64,000 bases of DNA. It comes from Octopus vulgaris. Its lineage: Eukaryota. A program made the position numbers and the translations under genes. This document shows, piece after piece, positions 26,694 to 40,380 of this stretch. A model generated the notes under the pieces. The model did no database searches, was not told the DNA's origin, and saw nothing but the letters and a program-made list of their open reading frames with translations. Every line of letters starts with the position of its first letter. The first letter of the stretch is position 1. The stretch is taken from assembly GCA_951406725.2 (NCBI GenBank), contig OX597819.1:63860001-63924000 (forward strand), read 5' to 3'.

Positions 26694-28064
26694 ACATTTC
26701 TGTATAAGCCACAAACGTTCAAAGAGATTTAAAATACAAAGTACAATTAGCAAAGAAAGACAGAATAATATGGAGAGTGAAAACATGTTTATAAGATGCG
26801 AATGGAGAGAATAAGAGGCATGGAGATATCATGCAACATATGGAAAGGTGTACGAAGAAGTTTCGCAGTACACAGCACACATCCATGCGCTCGCATACGC
26901 ACACACATACATTTATAGTTGCATATACTACAAATAAGCTCATGGTTCAACAAACATATATGTATATTTATGCGTTGAGATATATATTTCCATAGAGATA
27001 AAATAAAACTTGGAAGGAAATACTCATCAATGAAAGGATGTGAAAACTATAAAAGAAAGAAGCACCGTGTCTGAGTTAGACACCCCACAATCTCGTTCAA
27101 TTAAGGAATGATCAAAATTTGATCCGTTACAATCAAATTCAACGTCGATCATTTAAAAAGACATTTGATGTGAATAAGCCTCATCCTTGTGAGCGTCTCA
27201 GTTCAATTTTCAAGACATTGTCTTCATCTTAATTGCGCACAAGTTTATATTTATGTTTACATTCAAAACCTGGATGTTTTTATCATCAGAGAATCCCTGG
27301 AACAACAGATGTGTAATTCTATTTACTAAATCTTTATTGGATTTTAGAAGAAAATCTCGCTCAATATTCTTAGTTAATATCTGGAGGCAGGATTTCCATG
27401 TTGAACATGCTCAGGTACAGACACAATCACACATACACACGTACACACGCATATTTAATCTAGCACACATGCATAGACGCATGTATGACCAAGTAGGTTT
27501 ACAGTTTATTCAATTCCACACTCTTGCATGCACACAAGCATATGGTTCATTTTGGTGCCTTTTCTCGTAAGTATCTTACACAATACTATGAATAGTATCG
27601 TGTAAGATCACAAATAAGCACATTATTGGGAAGGCACACGTCGAATTCACACAAGCTAATAGGAATGAACACGCAAATACGAATGATTGTGAACTACAGG
27701 AATATGCCTACACACAATCGTAACATAATGACAGATAATTCAGTGCATCACAAAGACTTAAACGCAAACACGAGGAGAATTCAAAAAGAGTCTTCATTTG
27801 GGAGAGTCAGTTAAAACTGACTTCCATTACTGTAATTTTTGTATAATTACTATACATCTATTAAGCTGACCTGCCAAATTTTAAAGTTCCTGACAGAAGG
27901 AAACGGCTATAATAGGACTTTGAGCAGAGCTGACTAAACATATCATCATAATTCCATCCTGTTAACCATCTACTTGACAGAAAAGAGTATCAGAACTGAC
28001 GCTCAACCTCCTCAATGTCCTCAGCTTGCTCCTGTAAATTTTAAAGTTCCTCCAGCTGAAAGGC

Positions 28065-28471
28065 TAGTCCTCAAGCAGGGGCAATTTTGTCCAAGACCCT
28101 TTTCACAGAAGGCCCTGAAAAGAGTCCTGGAACTTACAATATGGATCATACCATGAGACCTTCACGATACCGCCGGAACGCGTGAAATTAATAAATGAGG
28201 TAGTCCTCAAGCAGGGGCAGTCATTTTGTCCAAGACCCTTTTCACAGAAGGCTCTGAAAAGGGACCTGGCACGTACCATATGGTACATACGATGAGGCCT
28301 TCACGACACGGACGGAGCGCCTGAAATTAATAAATGGGGTAGCCCTCAAGCAGGGGCAGTCATTTTGTTCAGGACCCTTTTCACAGAAGGCTCTGAAAAG
28401 GGTCCTGGAACGTACCATATGGAACATACCATGAGACCTTCAGAACACGACCGGAGCGCGTGAAATTAATA
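28065..28471. repeat. Tandem array of three ~139-bp units with internal inverted repeats
   Basis: Units start at 28065, 28201 and 28340. Each contains CA(A/G)GACCCTTTTCA...TGAAAAG(G/A)G(T/A)CCTG. Confidence 0.95.
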
Positions 28472-29341
28472 TATTTCTTTTCCTGAATACGTTTCAAAAA
28501 CTTCTATAATGTTTCTTATCTAAACAGATAGGTACATCATCCAGCTTCCAGTATCTTGCAGCAAAGAACCATACACTGCACACACACGCAATATCTGTTT
28601 CGCAAACATCACACACACACACACACACACACTAGGTACACACACGCACACCAGGTACACACACAAACACACATACACATACATGTACACACACACTTCC
28701 CTTATACCAACATATACATAAGACAAACCTCTTTTTGTTTTTGATATTCAGTGTTTTTTATAGGATCTTCTTTAACAGCATCGCAATTCCTACTTAGTCA
28801 ACGGCCAGCATTTTCGTCAACTACTCTACGGGATTGCAATATAATTTTTCATTCACATTCTCTCTTCTCTTTCTCCTTTAACCAGATGCACCTTGTCTTT
28901 TTCGTCTCATATTTACCACCTTCTTTAAAAAAATTCTCCGAAATATTTTAGGAAATCTCTCCTTTTGCCTTTAGCGTTCATTGGTACTGAACTCTAAATG
29001 CCGTAGATGCGAATCGGTCTTAATAGACAGGAATACAAACGGTAATATTAGTATGCATGCATGCCTTTGCAGGTATCTAGCTACAGACAACTACCAAAAT
29101 GTATTCTGATCGAAATGAGGAAAAAGGAGATTAAGAAAACGAGGTATATTTTAACAAGTCACGTAACAATATACATCTGCTTCAATAATGCACCACACAA
29201 ACAATTGTGCAGCATCTCATTGGCAAGAATACGACGAAACGATCGTTATGATTCATAAAGAAGTTCGTGAATTCCATTTTCTTTCTCCTTATCTCTTTCA
29301 CTCTTTTTCTCCCTCTCGTTCTCCCCTGTGTTTTATATATG

Positions 29342-29395
<54 letters not shown>

Positions 29396-29396
29396 T

Positions 29397-29442
<46 letters not shown>

Positions 29443-29456
29443 TTATCAATAATAAT

Positions 29457-29625
29457 ATAGGGTGAAATTAATTAATTTGGAATAATCATTAATTTCACCG
29501 AGTAGATTTCGGCATGTAAAAGCCCCATTCAAGGAAGGTTTAAGTAATACTAAGTAATTAAGGGTTTAGCAACGATTTGCCTCACCACACACCGAATTTA
29601 TAAATAGCAGTCAAAGAGTTATGGC
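29457..29625. mobile_element. Penelope-like terminal fragment related to 39835-40250
   Basis: agggtgaaattaatt..aatttcacc..atgtaaaag matches 39842 onward. Its right half matches the reverse complement of 40180-40242. Confidence 0.6.
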
Positions 29626-29633
29626 TATTAGCC

Positions 29634-29691
<58 letters not shown>

Positions 29692-29695
29692 TTTA

Positions 29696-30552
29696 CAGGG
29701 TGCAGTGAATATATTGTCGTCTAAATTACGCGAAAATGAAAATAGCATTAACATCTCATTTTGACAGATATATTTACCAAAATTACATAAAAATATCTTG
29801 AATTACTAAAGATTAAATTCATTCAATATAATCTCCATTGGATTAAACGATGGCGTCCAGACGACTTCGGAATCTCTGCAAATCGTATGGACGATCTCAT
29901 TTTCTAAGTTGGTGAATACTGCCATAATCCTTGCCTTCAGTTAATCTTTGGTGTTACAAGGAGTTTTGTTGGGCTCTCGCTTAACTGCGACCCACAATAG
30001 TAATCAACGGAGGGTTACAGTCTGGGGTGTCTGGTGGCCAGATGTTAGGGCTTATATGTTTTCAGAAATTGCCTGGCAGCTTGTGTGACACGGTGCAGAA
30101 ACCTGTTGCCAGACATAGGATCTTCCTCTCTTGGCTGAGGGCAGCACTAGTTCCTCCAGACACTTGATGTAAGCCTCCGTATGAATCTGAGGATGTGTGA
30201 GAAGATGAATGAAGGTATAACGTCGCCATCACTATTGATCTCACCAAATAGCATGACGTTGACTGAATGTTTAGTAATTATCCCTCTCGGCTCATGTTTT
30301 TGGGATCGAGCAGGCCAACGGTTGTTGTGTATTTACCACTTGTCATATTGGAGCTTTAGAGGCAAATGCCAAGCAGTACAGCATGCCGTTTCCAAATTTC
30401 TATGAGAGTGAACTGTGCCATGGTACTGCTTTGCTCACAGAGAGTACCCAACGGACCCTACTATACTGTGTGGTCGGCAAAATTCAAACCAAACGATACA
30501 CATACACTAAATTAGAAAAATAACATGGAGACAATTTACCCATCACACGCTA
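29696..30552 (-). mobile_element. Internally deleted Tc1/mariner-superfamily (maT/DD37D-like) element
   Basis: TA-flanked TIRs CAGGGTG...AT/AATTGTC. Minus-strand peptide NIWPPDTPDCNP (WPPxSPDLNP motif). Homologous to 62539-63413. Confidence 0.8.
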
Positions 30553-31169
30553 TATTCATATATGTGCATGCGCGTGTGTGTGTGTGTGTGCATATATATA
30601 TGTGAGTATGTGTATGTATGTGTATATGAATAATGATATATATGTATATGTATGCCTGTGTGTGTATATGTTACATGTCTGGATACTCGCATGCACACGC
30701 ATACACTCGAATGTCAATGTTTCTTTTATATTCGAAGAAACTGATATCTTTAGATGCAGATACACTCCCTGCACGCGTTGAGAATCAATCGATAAAAGAG
30801 CGTCTGACATACATCGATTAACTTAGAATGATATTCATCATACAGAATTTCGTGAAATATGAAAATAAACCCGCCCTGTTGAAAAAAAGAAAAAAAAGCA
30901 AAACATAATAGTGAATGAGAAAATGAACGAGCGAATTCCACGGCGCTATTAAATCGAAATCCGCTGGTGGTAGTTGATTTCTTTACCAAATGCCTTCACG
31001 TAATTGTCATTTCATAGGATTCACTTAACAAGAAATACCTCATACTAACTTTTATAGTAGATATCCTATTTAATATGAGGCATAATAAGGGCAGATACCA
31101 AAAACAATACTCATTATGGTATGAATAATAGATACTTCATCGAGAATCTAATGATACAACTACTACTAC

Positions 31170-31386
<217 letters not shown>

Positions 31387-31948
31387 AAAAAATGCCCTGG
31401 TGCAGTATCAGGCAATGGCTCTCATGGCTTCTGATCTTAACTGATTGGAAGTGTTATCATGTACATTGTTTTGTCTTGGTATAAAAGATGGGCTACAGCA
31501 AATATTCTGCTCAATACCACAGATTTGCTTGTCAGTTGTTTGACCTTAACCAGTTGACCATGTCCCTTAGTGGCTGACGATATGTGCATCTCTGGTCACG
31601 AGCAGAAGTAGTGGGGGCGCATCATAGCCATGTGTTGAGAGGGATTCTTTGGGGGTTTGAATAATTAATCTCGGGAAATATGAGTGTTACGTTCAATATC
31701 CTTAAACAACCCTTACTCAAGGACCTTTTGAGTGGGATAGGTAGCTCGACAAGAAGAAAATTCTAATTGGGCCCCGCCTGGAAGCTCACGTGCTGTTTAT
31801 CTTGATATGAGATCACTATGTCGCACACACATGGTTGTGATGCATGTGACTGGTGTACCATTTTCAGATGAGTAGTCATGATGGGTATCCTGGGCATCGT
31901 ATATTTTACACCAGTGTCAATTTGATGGCATGAACTGCTCTCTCACTC
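31387..31948 (+). mobile_element. (TAA)n-embedded non-coding retroposon; 5'-truncated copies at 32662-32998 and 33709-34033
   Basis: Three homologous copies share the 3' end ctgctctctcactc followed by TAA repeats, and their 5' ends differ. Confidence 0.75.
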
Positions 31949-32026
<78 letters not shown>

Positions 32027-32027
<1 letters not shown>

Positions 32028-32526
32028 TTGAAAGACTTCAGACAAAGAACATGCCTCCTCATTGAAATGACTGTCCCAATCGATATAAACGTATCTGTCA
32101 AGACCTACCAAAAACTGAGCAAATATAAAGATCTTGAAATAGAAATCAGCAAAATGTAGAAGCTGAAGACTAAAACAATACCTGTTGTCATAGGTGCCCT
32201 GGGAATGATAGCGAAAGGGACTGATTGCTACCTAACTCAGATACCAGGAAACCCCAAAATGGCAGAAATTCAAAAGATAGTGCTCATGGGAACTGCTCAT
32301 ATCCTACGCAAAATACTCTCTATGTAATCCCAAGGTTTAAAACAAACTTTTTTTTATTTTTTATTTTTATTATTATTTTTTTGTTTTTATGTATTAGACA
32401 TTCACTAGTACAACACCAAAAATACAAAAACCAAATATATGGCACAAAACTTCCAACCTGTTGTCTCTTGAGGTCTCTGGGTGAGACTTGGAGCCAACTC
32501 GTACAGACATAAAGCAAAAGTCAAAC

Positions 32527-32528
<2 letters not shown>
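32027..32528 (+). mobile_element. 5'-truncated R4/Dong-like retrotransposon (endonuclease C-terminus plus 3' UTR) inserted in (TAA)n
   Basis: Frame from 32028: LKDFRQRTCLLIEMTVPIDINVSVKTYQKLSKYKDLEIEISKM*KLKTKTIPVVIGALG..QKIVLMGTAHILRKILSM*. TAA repeats on both sides. Confidence 0.88.
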
Positions 32529-32594
<66 letters not shown>

Positions 32595-32599
32595 GTAAT

Positions 32600-32636
<37 letters not shown>

Positions 32637-32998
32637 TTAATAATAACAATAATAATAATAAGTAGGGGAGCATCGTAGCCGTGTGTTGAAAGGAATTCTT
32701 GGAGGTTTGGACAATTCACCTCTGGAAACACGTGTGGTTCGTTCAACATCCTTAAACAATCCTTATTCAAGGACCTTTTGAGTGGGATGGGCTACTCGAC
32801 AGGAAGAAAATTCTAACTGGGCCCCACCTGCAAGGTCATGTGCTGTTTATCTTGATATGAGATCACTATGTCGCACACACATGGTTGTGATGCATGTGAC
32901 TGGTGTACCCTTTTCAGATGAGTAGTCATGATGGGTATCCTGGGCATCGTATATTTTACACCAGTGTCAATTTGATGGCATGAACTGCTCTCTCACTC

Positions 32999-33076
<78 letters not shown>

Positions 33077-33077
<1 letters not shown>

Positions 33078-33578
33078 TTGAAAGACTTCAGACAAAGAAC
33101 ATGCCTCCTCATTGATATGACTGTCCCAATCGATATAAACGTATCTGTCAAGACCTACCAAAAACTGAGCAAATATAAAGATCTTGAAATAGAAATCAGC
33201 AAAATGTAGAAGCTGAAGACTAAAACAATACCTGTTGTCATAGGTGCCCTGGGAATGATAGCGAAAGGGACTGATTGCTACCTAACTCAGATACCAGGAA
33301 ACCCCAAAATGGCAGAAATTCAAAAGATAGTGCTCATGGGAACTGCTCATATCCTACGCAAAATACTCTCTATGTAATCCCAAGGTTTAAAACAAACTTT
33401 TTTTTATTTTTTATTTTTATTATTATTTTTTTGTTTTTATGTATTAGACATTCACTAGTACAACACCAAAAATACAAAAACCAAATATATGGCACAAAAC
33501 TTCCAACCTGTTGTCTCTTGAGGTCTCTGGGTGAGACTTGGAGCCAACTCGTACAGACATAAAGCAAAAGTCAAACAT
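33077..33578 (+). mobile_element. Duplicate of the R4/Dong-like fragment
   Basis: Near-identical to 32027-32528 at +1050 bp, including the same premature TAG. Confidence 0.88.
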
Positions 33579-33579
33579 A

Positions 33580-33641
<62 letters not shown>

Positions 33642-33646
33642 GTAAT

Positions 33647-33683
<37 letters not shown>

Positions 33684-34059
33684 TTAATAATAACAATAAT
33701 AATAATAAGTAGGGGAGCATCGTAGCCGTGTGTTGAAAGGAATTCTTGGAGGTTTGGACAATTCACCTCTGGAAACACGTGTGGTTCGTTCAACATCCTT
33801 AAACAATCCTTATTCAAGGACCTTTTGAGCGGGATGGGCTACTCGACAGGAAGAAAATTCTAACTGGGCCCCACCTGCAAGGTCATGTGCTGTTTATCTT
33901 GATATGAGATCACCATGTCGCGCACATATTGTTGTGATGCATGTGCCTGGTGTACCCTTATCATGATGGGTATACTGGGCTTCGTATATTTTACCCCAGT
34001 GTCACTTTGATGGGATGCACTGCTCTCTCACTCTGTAATAATAATTATAATAGTATACG

Positions 34060-34830
34060 GAGCATTCCATGCCAAGAGTGACACTGATAGGGTGTACTTG
34101 TCCCGAAGAAAGGGTGGGAGAAGTTTTATCAGATGCCAGGGTTGTGTCAAAGTGTGGTGTATATAAGGTGTCGTGGAACCGTTTATAATATATGTAAAGA
34201 AGTGCGGCATCATCAAAATTATCTAATAACGTAAAGCTAGAGAAAAATAAAAAGGAAAACAATGGCATGGAAAGGGAAAATGTGTATTGTCTGTTTGGCA
34301 AGTAATACGAGCGCCAAGACAGATCCCGATGACCGGTGGTTATGAATGCGGAGAAGTAACCTGAATATAAAGACATGCGCTATTATATGAGCGGCTCTAG
34401 AACAAGCATTAAGGACGAACTATGTGAAGTGCAGAGCTATGTGAAGTGCAGATTTGATAACTTGAAATTCTGACATTGTTCTGATGAACAAAAAAGATAA
34501 GAAACACGTGCATGATAATCGACATAGCCTGTTAAGGTGACAATTGGACAGGAGAGAAATAAATATAAAAATTGAACAATTATGATGAACTGAAAAGTGA
34601 AATACGCTGGCTGTCGGCAAAGAAGAGAGTGGACGGTATACCAGTAGTAATGGACGCGCTTGAAAGTGTCAGCAGGCAACATACGAACATGGCTGAAAAT
34701 GATGGGTACAAATGTAAAGATAGAGCACTTAATAAAAGTTAGTCATCATAGGTTGGCACTGTAAGATGGAACCTTGAGCTTGAACAGTAAACGAGTGTTA
34801 ACCTAGTTAGCATTGGTCAGCTGACCTCTT
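34060..34830 (+). mobile_element. Older decayed R4/Dong-like retrotransposon 3' region
   Basis: Broken peptides (H)AKSDTDRVYLSRRKGGR, SDIVLMNKK, TCMIIDIAC and VIPVVMDAL. Bounded by TAA-rich tracts. Confidence 0.75.
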
Positions 34831-34920
34831 CCATCACACCCAACGACAACAATAATAATAATGATGATAATTACAACTATCATAATAATAACAATGATAA
34901 TAATAATAATAACAGTAATG

Positions 34921-34993
<73 letters not shown>

Positions 34994-35069
34994 TAATAAT
35001 AATAATAATAATATTCATAACAATAATGATAATTACAACTATCAAAACAACAACAACAACAGCAACAAC

Positions 35070-35103
<34 letters not shown>

Positions 35104-35549
35104 CTGACGATAATGATAATAATGACAATAATAATAATAATAATAATGATAATAATGATGATTATGATGATAAATATATTTTTTTCAGCAATATTAGACT
35201 ACGTGTAACTTTAGTAATAAAGTAACTGCCAAGAACAAAAATAAATAACCACGTGAATATAAAGAAGAAAAGACAGAGGAATATAAAACAAAAAAAAGTC
35301 AATATATTACTGTCACGATATGACTATGGCGGCATCAAGGACGAAAAGTAAAATAAAAATTAATCAAAATGTAAATAAAAATATGCAAAAATCAGTGATG
35401 GAAATAAAAAAAAGAACAAAAAAATGACATGCAATCGAATACGTAGTGTTGTAATATATGTGCAGACTGTCATTTGTTCTAGTAGATAAACGAGGTAGGG
35501 CCATGTATAACTTTGTATTTATGAATATATATATATATATATATATATA

Positions 35550-35620
<71 letters not shown>

Positions 35621-35696
35621 GTATGTATATATATATATATGTATATATGTATATACATATATACACACATATATATGTATATATATACATATACGT

Positions 35697-35758
<62 letters not shown>

Positions 35759-36799
35759 GTATATATATATATGTATGTATATATATATATATATGTATAT
35801 ATGTATATACATATATACACACATATATATGTATATATATACATATACGTATACATACATACATATATATATATATATGTACAGAGAGAGAGAGAGAGAC
35901 GTATGCGCACATATATGCATGTCTATATATGCGTGTGTGTGTGTGTGTGTGCACGCCTCCATTTCCAAGTGTATTGACAATAAAACATGGCTAGAATTGT
36001 AAATGGCGGTGCATATGTTTTTAACATTATATACTGGAGATGGCAATGATATACATATGTGCAGAAACACGTTCAGAGAAATAATGATAAAAGACAAAGA
36101 AAACAAGAAAAAACAAAAAAGAAATAATGATTGTACTTGGAAGACACACAGTGGCTTCAAGAGGCAGACTGGTATGCAGACATACGTTATCTTATTGATT
36201 GATGGAAAAATTGGCATATATCATGAAGTATTTCTATCTTAATATTTGAAAGAAAAAAAAAGTTTATAACATATTGCCTGACTGATTGAGATAGATTTAC
36301 CTAAAAACACTCCTAGGACCCAGCAGATAGACATATATAAACGCACATAAATATATACATTAATATATATAGCTATATGATGAATGCACAAACAGATATA
36401 TAGGTGCATATATCGGTGTGTCCGTCTGAGAGTGTGTGCGGCCGTGCCTAAGTGTATGTAATATCTAAAGAGGCAATAGTAATATGAGAATATATCTTCA
36501 TTCATGCATATTTCTATGGCGACTGGCTGTTTCCATTTCCTTCTTCAATGAGATTAATATTGCACATGCACAAACGGAAAATAATATGCATGGACGTCAA
36601 CACGAAATACCAAAAAGTAACAAAGAACAAAAACCCAAAACAAAAGAGGAAGACAAGAAAAAATCATAACGAAAATGAATTCTGATACATGTATCTATGC
36701 ATAAACACTGTTTGATATTGAGAAAACTTCCATGTATGTATGCCTGTATGCATGTATATATGTATATATATGTGTATGACGTATATATACATATTTATT

Positions 36800-36852
<53 letters not shown>

Positions 36853-37076
36853 ACACACACACACACATATATTATATATATATATATACGTATATATATG
36901 CACACACACTCACATATGTATATATATTTTTGTAAATACGTTTGTAAATAAATAGACATGTGTGTGTATATGTGTACCCCTACATGATTTTGCGGGCAGG
37001 CGCCCGTGTGTGTATTCGGAGAAAGGTATGAATAGTTGTGTGCGTGGTGAGTTCAGGTAAATACTATCAATAATAA

Positions 37077-37187
<111 letters not shown>

Positions 37188-37379
37188 TAATAATAATAAT
37201 AATAATGATACACGAAGGCGAAACATGAGGGGGGACAAAACAGAAACAGACATAAAGTGTAGGGGTTTACATCTAATAATGAAATAGTAAATTAAAAAAA
37301 CAGTATGCACGCTATACGCTGAGAAATGCATAGAATACAGAAGGACAAAAAAGTGTGTGTGTGTGGGAGAGATATAGAT

Positions 37380-38050
37380 ATAGCCCTCCTAATACAGGAA
37401 TGCCTCCAGGGATAATCGAGGAACCCCACCGTCCGAGATTTCCCTTAAGCCTATCAGAAAGTGCCCGCTACAATTCCTTTTCTCCGATTCAAAGGTCTAA
37501 ACTTCGAGAGGTACCATCCACTCTTGACATTTTCGCAACTTTCACTCATCTTTCGATGAATTAACTCGAGGACAACAATTTCCTCTCCACTCTCAATTTT
37601 CTTTTCAAGTGAATCCTGAAAAAGTCAATGAGAGAACTACCAAAGAGGAATGTATCTGTTCTCATGCCTTTCAGTCGTGTCCACAAAACAACCCCTTTCG
37701 CCACAGCACCAAGCAAAGGAAAACTGCCTTGCCTGCCTGATTGAAGGAGGACGGAGGTACAATCATTACTACAGACACGGCCGTCAGACGGATGGGTCCC
37801 ACATGTGACAGCAGCTGTTCAACATATCCCCACAAGTTAGAAATGCCCGACACTGAACAAGAGCGTGCAGAACGGTTTCGTCACTCCGCGCGTATCTCGG
37901 ACAAGTCCGTCTGACAGCGCATCCGTGCCTGTAGAGCTCGTGTCGAATCGGTAGCGCTCGGTGGTAGCACTGTCAATCCAAGGACATCTGGAAATTTTCC
38001 TTGTTCGTTCCCGACCGGTAAGTCCTCCGGCACTAACAACACCAACAACA
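37380..38050 (-). mobile_element. Tx1/L1-clade LINE 3' end (zf-RVT-like zinc-binding region)
   Basis: Minus-strand peptide QCYHRALPIRHELYRHGCAVRRTCPRYARSDETVLHALVQC, then LWGYVEQLLS..AVAKGVVLWTRLKG..FFRIHLKRKLRVER, with frameshifts. Confidence 0.8.
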
Positions 38051-38054
38051 TGTG

Positions 38055-38107
<53 letters not shown>

Positions 38108-38312
38108 AGGGGAGAGAGAGAGAGAGAGAGAGAGAGTAAAAGAGAGAGAAAGAGAGAGAGAGGGAGAGAGAGAATGCCAATGGCTATTGAAAAGGTTACA
38201 AGTCGCAACGAAAGTTTTAGAAAACATAAACAAGTAAACGAGCGGTAATCGAAGTGGTGAGTGTTAAATAATAAGTCACTAAAAGAGAATGACTCCCGAG
38301 GCACAATAACGT

Positions 38313-38344
<32 letters not shown>

Positions 38345-39161
38345 CTTATACACACACACATATATATATGTATGATCGCACGTACATAGGCATACATGCA
38401 CATGTACACTTATGTGTATATTTAAGAGTTTCTTCATTGATGTACATTTGCCTGAGATTGTGTACCTGAGGAGGGTAAACTCATGCTCATATAAGAACCA
38501 TACACATACTAGACCTTGATAACTTAATGCAAACTTACACGAGTCGGTATGAGTGTGTGATGGCTTATTCAAGTGCGTGTGCAGATGGAGTTTTGGAATG
38601 CGTGTGCGATAATTATTTTATATATACATAGCATAATTACAAGCGTACTTAGATAACTGCAAATATAGGTCATCTATATATATATATATATATATGTGCA
38701 TGTATATCTCATCTAATCCAGTGTATAACATTGTGAGTGCTTTTGCATTTATAACTTTATGTGCGTGTTTCTGCATTTATGAATTTTGTGCGTGTTTCTG
38801 CAATTATGACTATGTGTGTATATACGCTGAGATGTGTGTATGTTGTTTTGCATCTAAGTACACAGAACATATCTATAAGATTTTATGGTGAAATCATTCT
38901 AGTTTCTATTTTAGTGATGACATTCAAAATAAATAAAGTAAATAATACGTCTTTCAACATATATAAATTCTATAAATTCTTATAAATTCTTCCATATAAG
39001 TAACGAACTAACGTGCGCGTTTGCATTCACAATCTTCCTCAGTATCTACAATTCTATATTTTGTCTGTCCAACTGCCCGCTTGTCTGTATATGTATCTCT
39101 CTCACTCTCTCACTTTCTCTCTCTCTCTCTCTCTCTCTATCTATATCTATTCATCGTTCTT

Positions 39162-39242
<81 letters not shown>

Positions 39243-39381
39243 TGCATCGTTCTCTGTGTGCATGTGTGTGTGTGCTTGTTTGCGTTTTTGTATATGTCTG
39301 TGGTGTGTATATATTTGTGTATATGTACATATTTCATTTTTATCCATTTATGTCTGTATGTAACCATATCTATCAATCTAC

Positions 39382-39436
<55 letters not shown>

Positions 39437-39587
39437 TAGATAGATAGATAGATATGTAGATAGATACATAGATAGATAGATAGATACATGGATGGGTAGA
39501 TAGATACACACACACACACACATATATATATATGTGCGTGTATGTGTGTGTGTGTGTATTGAGTGAATATGCGATATGTATGTAAGG

Positions 39588-39632
<45 letters not shown>

Positions 39633-39775
39633 TGCGCAGGAGTGGCTGTGTGGTAAGTATCTTGCTTACCAACCACATGGTTCCAGTTTACAAAGAATAA
39701 GTCCCGGGGTCGATTTGCTAAACTAAAGGCGGTGCTCCGGCATGGCCGTGATCAAATGACTGAAACAACTAAAAA
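39633..39775 (+). mobile_element. SINE family B with internal deletion
   Basis: Head to catggttcc is fused directly to the tail ttacaaagaataagtcc. The same fusion occurs at 41195-41335 on the minus strand. Confidence 0.85.
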
Positions 39776-39834
<59 letters not shown>

Positions 39835-39835
<1 letters not shown>

Positions 39836-40246
39836 ACAATTGAGGGTAAAATTAATTAATCAATTTCACCAAGTGTTCAGTATGTAAAAGGACCATTTAA
39901 GGCGAATTCAAAATATTACATTATATAATTAGGGCGACAAGTTCGCAGATAGGTAAGGTTCCTTCTCTTTAGTGTTTCCAAATCCAAATTAAGAAATTTT
40001 GAGCTGACGAAAGAAATGCTGATTTTACTTGGCTAATCTTGAAACGTCGACGTACTCAAACGATCTATGTACTTGTGATATTTTTCTGTATTTACCTCCA
40101 AACCTTCGTGAGCTGTCTGGAGTAAACTTTATCTGAGAGAAATTTTCTTTAAGTAGTAGAAACGGCTAAAAAAATTTTTTGGCTGCTATTTCTACTAAGT
40201 TCAGTATGTGGCAAAGTAATTTATTTTACTAAGCCCTAATTATATA

Positions 40247-40250
<4 letters not shown>
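39835..40250 (+). mobile_element. Penelope-like mini-element carrying a hammerhead ribozyme
   Basis: Lies between (TA)n tracts. 16-bp inverted repeat 39920-39935/40233-40248, no ORF, contains the motif at 39998-40060. Confidence 0.65.
39998..40060 (+). ncRNA. Type I minimal hammerhead ribozyme with intact core
   Basis: TTTGAG-CTGACGA-AAGA...TCTT-GAAA-CGTCGACG-T-A-CTCAAA. Six-bp stem I, complete CUGANGA/GAAA/UH core and palindromic stem III ACGTCGACGT. Predicted cut after GUA (40054). Confidence 0.85.
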
Positions 40251-40321
<71 letters not shown>

Positions 40322-40380
40322 CACATATATATATATATGTATATATGTATAAATATATACATAAATATATATATATATAA

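Noticed and set aside
27250-27295. Minus-strand CTGATGA..AAAAC/GTTTT..GAAT hammerhead-like motif (similar case at 1650-1695)
   Set aside because: GAAT instead of GAAA, no A15.1-U16.1 pair and no convincing stem I.
28065-28471. CRISPR-like array or miRNA cluster
   Set aside because: The sequence between hairpins is also repeated (no unique spacers), the context is eukaryotic with no cas genes, and the ~18-bp stems are short for canonical pri-miRNA.
32225-32512. Duplicated 95-aa ORF with a hydrophobic stretch (also 33275-33562)
   Set aside because: It is an off-frame reading of the R4/Dong-like fragment and its T-rich 3' UTR, and the identity reflects the tandem duplication.
34481-34510. CTGATGA...GAAAC on the plus strand
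   Set aside because: No stem II, and it lies inside the endonuclease-coding remnant (DIVLMNKK), so it is coincidental.
35364-36217. Longest ORFs (YI/IY-rich, up to 232 aa) and the many similar ORFs across the window
   Set aside because: They are read-through of (TA)n/(CA)n microsatellites that lack stop codons, and are open in several frames on both strands.
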